DNA of 64,000 bases from a virus. Its lineage: Duplodnaviria; Heunggongvirae; Uroviricota; Caudoviricetes. The notes below the pieces were generated by a model. That model did no database searches. It was given only the letters and a program-made list of their open reading frames with translations, and was not told the origin of the DNA. Both the position numbers and the translations under genes were made by a program. The stretch lies in IMG/VR virus record IMGVR_UViG_2675903433_000022. The stretch is one strand, 5' to 3'. Positions 38,653 to 49,023 of this stretch are shown here, piece by piece. Position 1 is the first letter of the stretch, and every line of letters starts with the position of its first letter.

Positions 38653-39042
38653 ATGGGCTTCCCTTCTCCTGCGGCGGATTATGCTGAGAGCCGTATTTCT
38701 CTTGATCAGCAGATAATTAGACATCCTTCAGCGACCTACTTCATGAGGGCAGCTGATAGCCATCATCGTGAGGGAATATTACAGGGTGCATTGCTGGTGG
38801 TCGATTCCTCACTTACCCCGGTTGATGGTTCTCTGCTTGTATGCGCTCTGGATGGGGAATATCGCGTAAAAAGATACCGGAAGTATCCACGTCAGCATCT
38901 GGAGGATTTAAGAACCGGTAAGAAGGAAGCATTGCCAAAGGATGACGATGGATGCACGGGCAGCAATGCCGTGTTTGGTGTGATCACTCACATTATCAAC
39001 GACGCAAGAAGTGGCGAGTTTGATGATTGTCCCGTGATGTAG
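38653..39042 (+). CDS. UmuD'-like (HumD-like) S24 peptidase-family protein
   Basis: Starts MGFPSPAADY, i.e. at the position equivalent to the post-cleavage N-terminus of UmuD (C|GFPSPAADY); HPSATYF and Ser/Lys dyad region conserved. Confidence 0.8.
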   Translation: MGFPSPAADYAESRISLDQQIIRHPSATYFMRAADSHHREGILQGALLVVDSSLTPVDGSLLVCALDGEYRVKRYRKYPRQHLEDLRTGKKEALPKDDDGCTGSNAVFGVITHIINDARSGEFDDCPVM

Positions 39043-39053
39043 GAGAACTGATT

Positions 39054-39078
39054 AGGCGGTGCAATGCACCGCCTTTTT
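39054..39078. terminator. bidirectional terminator hairpin between convergent genes
   Basis: Palindrome AGGCGGTGCAATGCACCGCCT followed by a T run. Confidence 0.55.
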
Positions 39079-39079
39079 A

Positions 39080-40180
39080 TCACACTGCGCGGAATGCGAT
39101 TTCGCCAGGTATTACTTCACCTTGCCAATACATTTGGGCAGCAACGCGATCTGCGAGGTCACGATAAATAGCCGTAAATTCGCTATCTGGACGACTAATA
39201 ACGGTTGGTGTTCCGTTATCCAGATCTTCACGAAGAGAGATATGAAGTGGCATTTGGCCTAACAACTGCGTGTTGTATTTCTCGGCCAGTTTCTGTGCGC
39301 CACCGGTGCCAAAAATTGGCTCGTGATGACCGCAGTTACTGCAAATATGCATACTCATGTTCTCGACAATACCGAGCACCGGAACCTCGACTTTCTCGAA
39401 CATCACAATGCCTTTTTTCGCATCGATCAACGCGATGTCCTGCGGCGTAGTTACCACAACCGCACCAGTTACAGGAATGTTCTGCGCCAGCGTCAATTGA
39501 ATATCACCAGTGCCCGGCGGCATATCGAGAACGAGATAGTCCAGATCAGGCCATAGAGTTTCCTGCAACATCTGCATTAACGCCTTGCTCGCCATCGGAC
39601 CACGCCACACCATCGCATTGTCGTCAGTTACCAGATAACCAATTGAATTGGTTGCCAGTCCATGAGACATAATCGGTGCCATGTGAGTACCGTCCGGTGA
39701 GGTTGGACGTTGGTTTTCCGCGCCAAGCATGGTTGGAATTGATGGCCCGTAGATATCGGCATCCAAAATACCAACTTTCGCACCTTCAGCAGCCAACGCC
39801 AGTGCCAGGTTTACCGCCGTGGAGGATTTACCAACGCCGCCCTTGCCTGAGCTGACGGCGATAATGTTCTTAACGCCATTAATGCCTGGTTGGTTTTTGA
39901 CGCGCTTAAGCGTGGCAATGTTGTACGACAGCTTCCAGTCGATAGCCTTTGCGCCAGTGATACGGAGCAGATCACCACTACATTGCTCTTTCAGGTCTTC
40001 AAAAGGCTTATTCCACACGAAAGGCATGATTAGTTCGACATGCAGTGTGTCATCCATCAACGCAACATGGTGTAACGCTTTAAGCGTAGTCAGGTTGTGT
40101 TTCAGGGTTGGGTGCTGAAAATTAGCCAGCGTACCGGCTACCATTGCTCTCAGGGCATCCGGCGATTTGGACTCGCTCAT
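39080..40180 (-). CDS. apbC: Fe-S cluster carrier ATPase Mrp/ApbC
   Basis: 366 aa; deviant Walker A SGKGGVGKS; reads as near full-length enterobacterial Mrp by recall. Confidence 0.9.
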   Translation of the reverse strand: MSESKSPDALRAMVAGTLANFQHPTLKHNLTTLKALHHVALMDDTLHVELIMPFVWNKPFEDLKEQCSGDLLRITGAKAIDWKLSYNIATLKRVKNQPGINGVKNIIAVSSGKGGVGKSSTAVNLALALAAEGAKVGILDADIYGPSIPTMLGAENQRPTSPDGTHMAPIMSHGLATNSIGYLVTDDNAMVWRGPMASKALMQMLQETLWPDLDYLVLDMPPGTGDIQLTLAQNIPVTGAVVVTTPQDIALIDAKKGIVMFEKVEVPVLGIVENMSMHICSNCGHHEPIFGTGGAQKLAEKYNTQLLGQMPLHISLREDLDNGTPTVISRPDSEFTAIYRDLADRVAAQMYWQGEVIPGEIAFRAV

Positions 40181-40337
40181 CCCGTCTCCTTTATTTTAAT
40201 TTGCGCAATTGTCGCCTTGTAGTGTACTCCAGCTACGGCATTTAATCATTTATGAGAAATGCTGTTATCACATGGCAGACATAAGGCCATTTTGTTACTA
40301 TCAAGCCCCTTTTCACTACAAAGAAGTAATGCCTACT

Positions 40338-42371
40338 ATGACCCAAGTCGCGAAGAAAATTCTGGTGACGTGCGCGCTGCCGTACGCTAACGGCTCAATC
40401 CACCTCGGCCATATGCTGGAGCACATCCAGGCTGATGTCTGGGTTCGTTACCAGCGAATGCGCGGCCACGAGGTTAATTTCATCTGTGCCGACGATGCCC
40501 ACGGTACGCCGATCATGCTGAAAGCACAGCAGCTTGGTATCACACCGGAGCAGATGATTGGCGAAATGAGTCAGGAACACCAGACTGATTTCGCAGGCTT
40601 TAACATCAGCTATGACAACTATCACTCGACGCACAGCGAAGAGAACCGTCAGTTGTCTGAGCTTATCTATACTCGCCTGAAAGAGAACGGTTTTATTAAA
40701 AATCGTACCATCTCTCAGCTGTACGACCCGGAAAAAGGCATGTTCCTGCCGGACCGTTTTGTAAAAGGCACCTGCCCTAAATGTAAAGCGCCAGATCAAT
40801 ACGGCGATAACTGTGAAGTCTGCGGCGCGACTTACAGCCCGACTGAACTGATCGAGCCGAAATCGGTAGTTTCTGGTGCTACGCCGGTAATGCGTGATTC
40901 CGAACACTTCTTCTTTGATCTGCCTTCTTTCAGCGAAATGTTGCAGGCATGGACCCGCAGCGGTGCGTTGCAGGAGCAGGTGGCAAACAAAATGCAGGAG
41001 TGGTTTGAATCTGGCCTGCAACAGTGGGATATCTCCCGTGACGCACCTTACTTCGGTTTTGAAATTCCGAACGCGCCGGGCAAATATTTCTACGTCTGGC
41101 TGGACGCGCCGATTGGCTACATGGGTTCCTTCAAGAATCTGTGCGACAAGCGCGGTGATACCACCAGCTTCGATGAATACTGGAAGAAAGACTCCACCGC
41201 CGAGCTGTACCACTTCATCGGTAAAGATATTGTTTACTTCCACAGCCTGTTCTGGCCTGCCATGCTGGAAGGCAGCAACTTCCGCAAGCCGACCAACCTG
41301 TTTGTTCATGGCTATGTGACGGTGAACGGCGCAAAGATGTCCAAGTCTCGCGGCACCTTTATTAAAGCCAGCACCTGGCTGAATCATTTTGACGCTGACA
41401 GCCTGCGTTACTACTACACTGCGAAACTCTCTTCGCGCATTGATGATATCGATCTCAACCTGGAGGATTTCGTTCAGCGCGTGAATGCCGATATCGTGAA
41501 CAAAGTGGTTAACCTGGCCTCCCGTAATGCAGGCTTTATCAACAAGCGTTTTGACGGCGTGCTGGCAAGCGAACTGGCTGACCCGCAACTGTACAAAACC
41601 TTTACTGATGCCGCTGAAGTGATTGGTGAAGCATGGGAAAGCCGCGAATTTGGTAAAGCGATTCGTGAAATCATGGCGCTGGCTGATCTGGCTAACCGCT
41701 ATGTCGATGAACAGGCTCCGTGGGTGGTGGCGAAGCAGGAAGGACGCGATGCCGATCTGCAGGCGATTTGCTCTATGGGCATTAACCTGTTCCGCGTGCT
41801 GATGACGTACCTGAAACCGGTACTGCCGAAACTGACTGAACGTGCAGAAGCATTCCTGAATACAGAACTGACCTGGGATGGTATCCAGCAACCGCTGCTG
41901 GGCCATAAAGTGAATCCGTTCAAGGCACTGTATAACCGTATCGATATGAAACAGGTGGAAGCACTGGTGGAAGCATCCAAAGAAGAAGTGAAAGCCACAG
42001 CTGCACCGGTAACTGGCCCACTGGCTGACGACCCGATTCAGGAAACCATCACCTTTGACGACTTCGCCAAAGTTGACCTGCGTGTGGCGCTGATTGAAAA
42101 CGCGGAGTTTGTCGAAGGTTCTGACAAACTGCTTCGCCTGACGCTGGATCTCGGTGGTGAAAAGCGTAATGTCTTCTCAGGCATCCGTTCCGCTTATCCA
42201 GATCCACAGGCACTGATTGGTCGTCACACCATTATGGTGGCTAACCTGGCTCCGCGTAAAATGCGCTTCGGTATCTCTGAAGGCATGGTGATGGCTGCTG
42301 GCCCCGGCGGGAAAGATATCTTCCTGTTAAGCCCGGATGCTGGTGCTAAACCTGGCCACCAGGTTAAGTAA
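40338..42371 (+). CDS. metG: methionyl-tRNA synthetase
   Basis: Track ORF 40209..42371, true start ATG 40338 (MTQVAKKIL); HIGH-type motif [14 protein letters not shown], zinc knuckles CPKC/CEVC and C-terminal tRNA-binding domain. Confidence 0.95.
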   Translation: MTQVAKKILVTCALPYANGSIHLGHMLEHIQADVWVRYQRMRGHEVNFICADDAHGTPIMLKAQQLGITPEQMIGEMSQEHQTDFAGFNISYDNYHSTHSEENRQLSELIYTRLKENGFIKNRTISQLYDPEKGMFLPDRFVKGTCPKCKAPDQYGDNCEVCGATYSPTELIEPKSVVSGATPVMRDSEHFFFDLPSFSEMLQAWTRSGALQEQVANKMQEWFESGLQQWDISRDAPYFGFEIPNAPGKYFYVWLDAPIGYMGSFKNLCDKRGDTTSFDEYWKKDSTAELYHFIGKDIVYFHSLFWPAMLEGSNFRKPTNLFVHGYVTVNGAKMSKSRGTFIKASTWLNHFDADSLRYYYTAKLSSRIDDIDLNLEDFVQRVNADIVNKVVNLASRNAGFINKRFDGVLASELADPQLYKTFTDAAEVIGEAWESREFGKAIREIMALADLANRYVDEQAPWVVAKQEGRDADLQAICSMGINLFRVLMTYLKPVLPKLTERAEAFLNTELTWDGIQQPLLGHKVNPFKALYNRIDMKQVEALVEASKEEVKATAAPVTGPLADDPIQETITFDDFAKVDLRVALIENAEFVEGSDKLLRLTLDLGGEKRNVFSGIRSAYPDPQALIGRHTIMVANLAPRKMRFGISEGMVMAAGPGGKDIFLLSPDAGAKPGHQVK

Positions 42372-42393
42372 TTAAACAACCTCTCTTCGCAAT

Positions 42394-42418
42394 GCCCGGC
42401 AACACGCCGGGCATTTTT
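42394..42418 (+). terminator. rho-independent terminator after metG
   Basis: GCCCGGC-aacac-GCCGGGC then ATTTTT. Confidence 0.6.
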
Positions 42419-42533
42419 CATATAGACACAATCCCTTCTGATTTACACAGTACCTAAAACAATTTGTTTTCTGCCTTTTGTTGATGGAGATAATAAACCA
42501 CATAAGAAAACAACTTGTTTTGGAGTGGTTGAA

Positions 42534-42833
42534 ATGTTGAACATTACCCAAGCCTACCAGGTGGCATTGATCAGCTCATCTCATACATCAGAGGAAGATG
42601 CTCGCCGATTCATGATCGCAAGCAATGAGCTGGATTGGGTTTCACAAATTGAGTACGGTTGCATTGTCCACGCCGGGTTACAGGACGATGACTGGAAAGA
42701 TGAGTTGCGTCGATATGGTATATCCGAGGGCGCGATTGCGAACATTCAGAAAGTACTTGATGTAGGCTTTGACTCTGTACATTTTGATTGTGGCGCACCG
42801 GTCGTTGAAGGGCTTGAGTGCTGGCAATGGTAA
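42534..42833 (+). CDS. hypothetical protein
   Basis: Track ORF 42525..42833, ATG 42534 after an AAACAAcTTGTTT palindrome. Confidence 0.45.
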   Translation: MLNITQAYQVALISSSHTSEEDARRFMIASNELDWVSQIEYGCIVHAGLQDDDWKDELRRYGISEGAIANIQKVLDVGFDSVHFDCGAPVVEGLECWQW

Positions 42834-42869
42834 TCCGGCAATCGCTTCATACTAGATAACGGAGAATTT

Positions 42870-43055
42870 ATGCTTAAAGAAGACTCATATCTACTAAAGG
42901 CGCTTGAAATGCGTGGCGTTGAACCTACAGTGAAAAACGCTCACGATATCTACCTTCAGTTTTCGCCAGAGCTGAAACAGCTCATAAATAAATATGGAGT
43001 GAATGACTCCAGCGTCAAAGCCATGATAGATGATGAATTAGACCATCTCATCTAA
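42870..43055 (+). CDS. hypothetical protein
   Basis: Track ORF 61 aa. Confidence 0.35.
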   Translation: MLKEDSYLLKALEMRGVEPTVKNAHDIYLQFSPELKQLINKYGVNDSSVKAMIDDELDHLI

Positions 43056-43189
43056 CCAAACCGTTGATAATGGCGGTCACAATTTGATTCTTTTCTATAA
43101 GAATCCGTTGATCGCCACTACTCCCCTTCCATACCTGCAATCATATCCTTAAATATCAATAGGTTATAGTTGTTTGCACAAACAAGAAA

Positions 43190-43930
43190 ACAACTGAATA
43201 ACAGATCAACGAAACGTCAACGCTTTCTCCCGATTTGGTCTAAAAAATTGACGTTTTCACACATCACTTCTTATACCCGTAATTCTACGCAGCAGATAGC
43301 GCCACAGCGTTCAATTTTCACCACAGACGACTCAACACACTACCAACAAAAACACACGCTCAAAATCGCTCCCGTTGCGTTACACAACCATATAAACAAC
43401 TTATTTTCAGGTATAACAAAACAACTAAATAACACATACGCCATTACCAAAAACAACCAACCTCTTTATGGCAGGCTACCGAAAAGACCCACCTCTTCTT
43501 CCCAGGCTACCGGACAGCCAACCTAACTTTCACAGGCAATCCGAAAACATTCATACGCGCGATACCCACGACACGCCATTACCCAAACATCGAAGAAACA
43601 CCAGAATCACTGAAACCCCAACGAAGTCTGTAACCGCAAGGCTTCTCTCAATCCCAAAAGACACGAAACATAACAATCACGGGAAACGCCATTACCCAAT
43701 ACACGAATAACTACAAAAGCCCTTCACACACTCCAGACAAACAACTCAAACACAATAACGAAAGGAATAGCCCACCTGCCATTACTCCATATACGGAGAA
43801 GAACAATAACCATAACGACGAGAACACCCCATAGAAGAACCACCGCAAAACGAACGAAACCACATACACCGACAGAGAAAACAACACACCCAATCCACCA
43901 ACAGAAATAGTCGCCCTATAGAACGTTCTG
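43190..43930. repeat. strand-asymmetric A/C-rich, G-poor noncoding tract with internal repeated modules
   Basis: About 740 bp with almost no G runs on the plus strand; recurring ACGCCATTACC(C)AA and CAGGCTACCG..CCACCT units; track ORFs here are low-complexity artefacts. Confidence 0.5.
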
Positions 43931-44119
43931 GTAGGAGTGAGCATTAACGCCTATAGAGAGGTTGAGACAGATAAAACACGAAGAAAACACAACATGTATA
44001 GCGAAGAAGCCAGGTATGTATAAGTGGGGAGGGAAGGAGGGGTGTCGCCTCCTTTTTCGTATTTATTCAACTCCTGATTTTATCCCCCGTAACACCCCTA
44101 CGGTCAGCCTTCGGTCCAT

Positions 44120-44265
44120 ACAGGGAAAAGGTTGCATCCCGCTACAGAAACGGCTGGATTGCCTTCGGGGAACGGCTGGAGGTTTTCAGGGAAACGGTCG
44201 AGCTGCCTTTGTGGATTTCGGGAAAAGGCTCGATGCCGGTTCAGGAACGGTGGCGTACCGGTATA
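44120..44265. repeat. tandem ~22-bp repeats with GGGAAACGGC core (about 6 units)
   Basis: Units CAGGGAAAAGG.., CAGAAACGGCTGG.., GGGGAACGGCTGG.., GGGAAACGGTCG.., GGGAAAAGGCTCG.., GGAACGGTGG.. Confidence 0.6.
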
Positions 44266-44612
44266 GCGAGAGAGAGTTGCGGCTACCCACCTGTAATGTG
44301 CGGTAAGAAGAGAGGCGCTCACGTGCAGGCGAACTTACTTACCGCTGGATTCCCTCTGAATGCCCAGCTACAGCGTAATTGTGCCAGACAGTCAGCGGGT
44401 CACAATCGATTTCAGTAGGTTTTCGGGGAGGGGATTATTCTGCCCACCAGCCATCTTCGGCCATTAAATCAGAATAATGTAAAAAGTGTACTCGGTACTG
44501 AACCTGAAAACTCACTGCCAAAACCACATTCACCGGAATAAAATCCTTTTTAGCCTTTGCGTTATTGCGATAATAACACCATCAAGAAAACATGTTGTTT
44601 AAGGATTGCTTT

Positions 44613-44942
44613 ATGTTTGCAAATATCGACATCAACCAAATCAAGAAAATGACTCAAAAAGAGTTTGACCAGTTTTATGAGCTGGAAGGTTGGTCTTCCA
44701 CTCTGATTAATTCAAGATGGGTGCTGGAACTGATGACTCGTGATGACGCACCTGCTTTGATGATCAGCGACCTGGGTGAAGATGCTGACTTTATGGATAT
44801 GAGCGAATTTTGTGTGGACACATACAACCGCAGCCAGAAGTACTACTTCACATGCGATAGCGAAAATGACGTGATTTCTAAGGTCTATCTTCACCTCGTC
44901 CAGCATTGGGACGTTCAGGAGTTTCTTGAAGTATTCGAGTAA
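44613..44942 (+). CDS. hypothetical protein
   Basis: Track ORF 44592..44942; the first ATG lies inside the palindrome, so ATG 44613 is preferred. Confidence 0.5.
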   Translation: MFANIDINQIKKMTQKEFDQFYELEGWSSTLINSRWVLELMTRDDAPALMISDLGEDADFMDMSEFCVDTYNRSQKYYFTCDSENDVISKVYLHLVQHWDVQEFLEVFE

Positions 44943-45096
44943 ACCCAACCAAAGCCAGCAATGCTGGCTTAACTTCATCTGTAGCCGCAGGGAAGAACCT
45001 GCATATCGCTCATGCGCCTGATCAATATGCTTTGTAGCCGTTTTCTTACTGGTATTATTTACGCCATTGAGAAAACAAGTTGTTTACGGAGTTGTG

Positions 45097-45408
45097 ATGA
45101 AAAAATCATTGGTTCTTGGTCTGGACAAAGACCAGAAGAGAAAAGAGAAGCCTGCACTGGTTGCTCAATTAACTTTGCTGGACATCGTTGCCAATGGGAC
45201 CTCTATTCGTCTGTTCCGTGAAACAGCGGTGTCTTTCGATAAAAACACCTTTACTCGTTATGTAATGAATGTTCGTCGCCAGCGTGGAAAAGGCTGGGTG
45301 GCATTTCAAAGAATGTGGCCGGAACATCAGCTCGAACTGGCTTTGATGGAAGTAAACCGCGTGGCCCAGCAAGAGATTCAGAGAGCATCAGTGATGGCAA
45401 TAGCCTGA
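45097..45408 (+). CDS. hypothetical protein
   Basis: Track ORF 45067..45408, ATG 45097 after the palindrome. Confidence 0.5.
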   Translation: MKKSLVLGLDKDQKRKEKPALVAQLTLLDIVANGTSIRLFRETAVSFDKNTFTRYVMNVRRQRGKGWVAFQRMWPEHQLELALMEVNRVAQQEIQRASVMAIA

Positions 45409-45534
45409 TAATGTGCAAGTGGTAATTAGTCGACCGTACGACAGCCCCGCCATCCTTACGGGGCTTTTTTGTATTGTAAGTACATACTTACGATCATAGA
45501 ATATAAAAATAACCAAGACACTACGGAGAGTGAA

Positions 45535-45930
45535 ATGACCGTTAAACGCGAAAAACTGACAGTTGATGTTTACTATGCCTCTGAAACCGCCGAAGGTAAG
45601 AATGTGGCAAAAATCACCGTTGTTACGTACAACACCGAAACTGGTGCCGAAGTACAGGCCAGTACGATCGTGCGTAAAGGTGATGCCTCCGGCGGCGAGT
45701 ACGCGACTCAATACCAGTCCATTCTCGATGCAACTGACCCGCTGCTGCTGAAAATCGAGAACTACTTCCGCCAGGTTGATGAAGAGGTGTTTGAAACCAT
45801 GATGAATATGGTTAACACAGTATTCGCCTCCAGCCTGAATACCAACACTACCTGGATTGGTCAGTACGGCCTGCGCATTACCTCCGGCATTCCTGCTGAC
45901 ACCTTAATCCCTGAAAGCGTATTCGCTTAA
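45535..45930 (+). CDS. hypothetical protein
   Basis: Track ORF 45469..45930, ATG 45535 after GGAGAG. Confidence 0.5.
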   Translation: MTVKREKLTVDVYYASETAEGKNVAKITVVTYNTETGAEVQASTIVRKGDASGGEYATQYQSILDATDPLLLKIENYFRQVDEEVFETMMNMVNTVFASSLNTNTTWIGQYGLRITSGIPADTLIPESVFA

Positions 45931-45942
45931 TCTTCTTTGAAT

Positions 45943-45968
45943 GGCGCGTAAACCGCGCCATTTTTTAT
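45943..45968 (+). terminator. rho-independent terminator (GGCGCG-taaac-CGCGCC + T run)
   Basis: GC stem followed by ATTTTTTAT, then the TTGTTTTCTACC..GTGAAAAT cassette. Confidence 0.6.
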
Positions 45969-46046
45969 GCCCGATAACAATTTGTTTTCTACCTTATCTG
46001 ATTTGTGAAAATGATTTCACTGAAGCAACTTAATAAGGAAACCATC

Positions 46047-46421
46047 ATGGGACTTGATATCTATATCGAGACACAGCCTAAAAACGATCTGAATAACGAG
46101 GCATCCAGAAAGCAGGTTGCTTACTTCCGTAAGTTCAATGCGCTCGTTGGGTGGATGGAGCGCAACGTAGGTGAAGTCGAAAATTGTGAGCTTTTAGAAT
46201 TAACGATGAATGACATTTGTTTTCTGAAGGCTCATTTGATGCACATAAACGAAAGTAATTGCGAAGAGTACTTGCCTACCCGGGAAGGCTTTTTCTTCGG
46301 CAGTCAGGAGTACGATGAAGGTTACTGGCATGACGTGGACAAGCTGAAAAAACTTGTGGAAGACCTGATCAGGAACCACGACTTTCACAATAACAGACTG
46401 ACGTTCTGCGCCTGGTGGTAA
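46047..46421 (+). CDS. hypothetical protein
   Basis: Track ORF 46005..46421, ATG 46047 after AAGGAAA. Confidence 0.5.
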   Translation: MGLDIYIETQPKNDLNNEASRKQVAYFRKFNALVGWMERNVGEVENCELLELTMNDICFLKAHLMHINESNCEEYLPTREGFFFGSQEYDEGYWHDVDKLKKLVEDLIRNHDFHNNRLTFCAWW

Positions 46422-46771
46422 ATATGGGCGATTTCAAGAAACGCCTGAAGGAAAGAGCCGAGATGGTCAGAAAGCAAAACGCCTCTTCTGTCATCAGATA
46501 TGCAAGGCAGTTTAGTCGCAACAACAAATCAGTTGAGGAAAAGATCCTTAGCGTAATCGGGCGATAATTATTAAGGCCATCAGCATTGGTGGCCTTAAAT
46601 GACCATCCTGTTTCCCGCAGGCTAAAAACACCAACCTCTTACCTCCAGGCAACCGACAAACCCACCTGTTCCCGTCCGGCTACCGCAACTTTCCACTTTG
46701 ACGCCTTATTCGTACAACGATAATTAACACCAACAAGAAAACAATTTGTTATTTACGATAAGGAATTAATC

Positions 46772-47254
46772 ATGAATTTTATCGCTACTGTAAACGCACC
46801 CGCACATGGCAATATCGTTGTAACGTTCTCTGACATTGAAAAACGAGTACTTGGTGCCTGGCGTCACAATGAGACGGTAGAACTGTCAGAACAAGAAAAA
46901 TGCATTATTTCACGCGACATCATTGGCAATCGTCGTTACTCGCGGGTATTTGAGAAAGCGTATGTGGTAAATTCTGGATTCGGAACGTTCGTCTTTCCGG
47001 TGCGCTCCGGGCGATTCTGCCAGTCCAAGCTGATTGAGTTCGCTACGCAGATTTCTGTCTGGATTAAAACTCAATCGTCGTTCAAATTTTCCGACGATGA
47101 AGCAGTATCGCAGGGGATGCGGATCGCCAACAATGCGATTAAATGCAAAAACATTACGTATACCGCTGGCGTTGATACATGGAAACTGTTTTGCGCTAAC
47201 TTTATGCTGAATGTATACGCAAGCAACCGCATCCACATCCTTGATGGCGTGTAA
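46772..47254 (+). CDS. hypothetical protein
   Basis: Track ORF 160 aa after an AAACAAtTTGTT palindrome. Confidence 0.5.
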   Translation: MNFIATVNAPAHGNIVVTFSDIEKRVLGAWRHNETVELSEQEKCIISRDIIGNRRYSRVFEKAYVVNSGFGTFVFPVRSGRFCQSKLIEFATQISVWIKTQSSFKFSDDEAVSQGMRIANNAIKCKNITYTAGVDTWKLFCANFMLNVYASNRIHILDGV

Positions 47255-47289
47255 CTGAGAAGAGGGCCAGAAACGGCCCTTTCTCTATA

Positions 47290-47395
47290 GCCACCAGCTG
47301 CCGCAGGGAAATTTTCAGAAACGGCGAGGAACGCATTCATGAGCCGACGGGAAACGGCCAGGATTTTTTCGGGAAACGGCTGCATTCGCCTTTGT
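47290..47395. repeat. second tandem GGGAAACGGC-core repeat cluster (3-4 units)
   Basis: CAGAAACGGCGAGG.., GGGAAACGGCCAGG.., GGGAAACGGCTGCATTCGCCTTTGTG; same family as 44120-44265. Confidence 0.5.
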
Positions 47396-47870
47396 GTAGA
47401 AAAAAACATCGGGAAGCTGGTGGAATCCAACCAGCGGTTGTCGGACAGGTGAGCGGGGAAAATTATGATGACTTTCGTCGCCTGAGACATCCAGATTTCT
47501 TTCGTAGCGTAATCACATACGTGATTAAGTGGTGTGATTATGTGAAAAATCACGCGCACATAATACGCGAGCGGATACGGAACAAAACAAAATGCCGATC
47601 CGCGCCGACAATTAAACGCGGACACATAGCAAGAATAAAAGCCAATGATTAACCATACACCATAACGCAATATAACGCGATTTAAGCGCGTTAATGCGCT
47701 AAGTAATGGGTATGTACTGGTAAGGATATAAAAGCGCGTCTATGGCGTTATTTTGGCGCTTATTTTTATGTTGTTGGCTTGAGTCAAAGACAATAAAAAA
47801 AGCGCCATCATTGGCGCGTTATGGTGGAAGTATTGGAAACGAAAAAAGCGCCCATAGTGGGCGCTCGATT

Positions 47871-48101
47871 TTATTTGTGTAAACTGATTTTAAATCCCAT
47901 TTCTACAAACGCTTTTAACATTAAAAATATATCAGCGTCGTTCACGTCTGCTTTTTTTCGCTCCTGGTCGCTCAATAAGTCAATTTTGCGCGTCGTTTCA
48001 TCTATAAGCTCGACTGCGCGCCCAGCGTAACCAGCGATCCCAGCGATGCGATTAACATAATATTCATTATGGACGTTAACGCCAGCGATAAGAACAAACA
48101 T
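47871..48101 (-). CDS. hypothetical protein
   Basis: Track ORF 76 aa in an AT-rich minus-strand block; flanked by inverted copies of an AGCGCCCATAGTGGGCGCT hairpin. Confidence 0.4.
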   Translation of the reverse strand: MFVLIAGVNVHNEYYVNRIAGIAGYAGRAVELIDETTRKIDLLSDQERKKADVNDADIFLMLKAFVEMGFKISLHK

Positions 48102-48120
48102 GATTAAGCTCCTTAAAAAA

Positions 48121-48324
48121 TTAAATAGAATTTTGAAGTTTTCCGATTAATGCGCTTAAACGTAAGTATTCACGTTTACGCTTGCAATCTCGCTTGTTGT
48201 TAAGCAAATCAGAAAACGTAAAATTTAATTGGTCGCGTTGCGCGATCAAATCATCGATTAATTCCAGTTTATAAGCGCGATACTTTGCGCGATATTCCGC
48301 GCGGATCTTGTCATAGCTGACCAT
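48121..48324 (-). CDS. hypothetical basic protein
   Basis: Track ORF 48121..48369; probable start at the internal ATG (48324) because the longer ORF overlaps a hairpin. Confidence 0.4.
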   Translation of the reverse strand: MVSYDKIRAEYRAKYRAYKLELIDDLIAQRDQLNFTFSDLLNNKRDCKRKREYLRLSALIGKLQNSI

Positions 48325-48372
48325 CTTTAAAGCTCCTTTAAAGCGCCCACTATGGGCGCTTGATTCCATTAA

Positions 48373-49023
48373 TTACGCTTTGAAAGCATCAGCTAAATAA
48401 TTGTAGAAATCATTTTTAATGAAGCGATATTGCTGAGTACCAGCTTTCGCACTCCCAGCTCCTTTGACTTTTTCAACAAGTCCAAGACGTTCGCAAAGAT
48501 TGATCAACTGGTTGGCTTGAGTATAGCCAGCGTCCAATTTAATTTCACACGCTTTTTTAGCTTCATTCATTAAATCGAAAACAGCGCCATTGGTGAACGT
48601 GTCGATCTCGTCGTTAATCATATCGATTAAAGCGAATACACGAGATCCAGACATATCAGCGATGGAATAAACGCATTTACCAGATTTAATTGATTTAACC
48701 AGATAAACCAGTTTTTCCAGAGAATAACTATTAGTCATTGCATCACGGAAAAATACTTCTGGCGCTTGTTTGCTTGCTTTAATCGCATAGTAGAAAACAG
48801 AGCATAATTTTTCGTCTTCAACAGCGTTTACAACGTTGTTGATGAAGTAAGCAAGTTTAGTGGTCGCAGCTTGCATATTTGCTTTGTCTGCTTTAGTGTG
48901 CGTACCATTTTTATAATGTTCGTTATATGTTTGAGTTGCCAGATCTGCTTTTTCGCGCAGTTCATCGGATACAATGGAAGCAGCTTCAATGATGGATTTT
49001 TTAGAAATGATAATGTTAGCCAT
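48373..49023 (-). CDS. hypothetical protein
   Basis: Track ORF 216 aa; AT-rich codon usage distinct from neighbours. Confidence 0.55.
   Translation of the reverse strand: MANIIISKKSIIEAASIVSDELREKADLATQTYNEHYKNGTHTKADKANMQAATTKLAYFINNVVNAVEDEKLCSVFYYAIKASKQAPEVFFRDAMTNSYSLEKLVYLVKSIKSGKCVYSIADMSGSRVFALIDMINDEIDTFTNGAVFDLMNEAKKACEIKLDAGYTQANQLINLCERLGLVEKVKGAGSAKAGTQQYRFIKNDFYNYLADAFKA

Noticed and set aside
40395-41906. 503-aa minus-strand ORF
   Set aside because: Antisense to the clearly homologous metG coding sequence; protein is low-complexity
43170-43944. Track ORFs 43170..43526, 43468..43710 and 43711..43944
   Set aside because: They arise from the strongly skewed A/C-rich tract and give low-complexity translations; no start context or coupling to neighbours
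44120-44265. Possible CRISPR array at the GGGAAACGGC repeats
   Set aside because: Period is about 22 bp with only a 10-bp conserved core and no spacer-sized unique segments; no cas genes nearby
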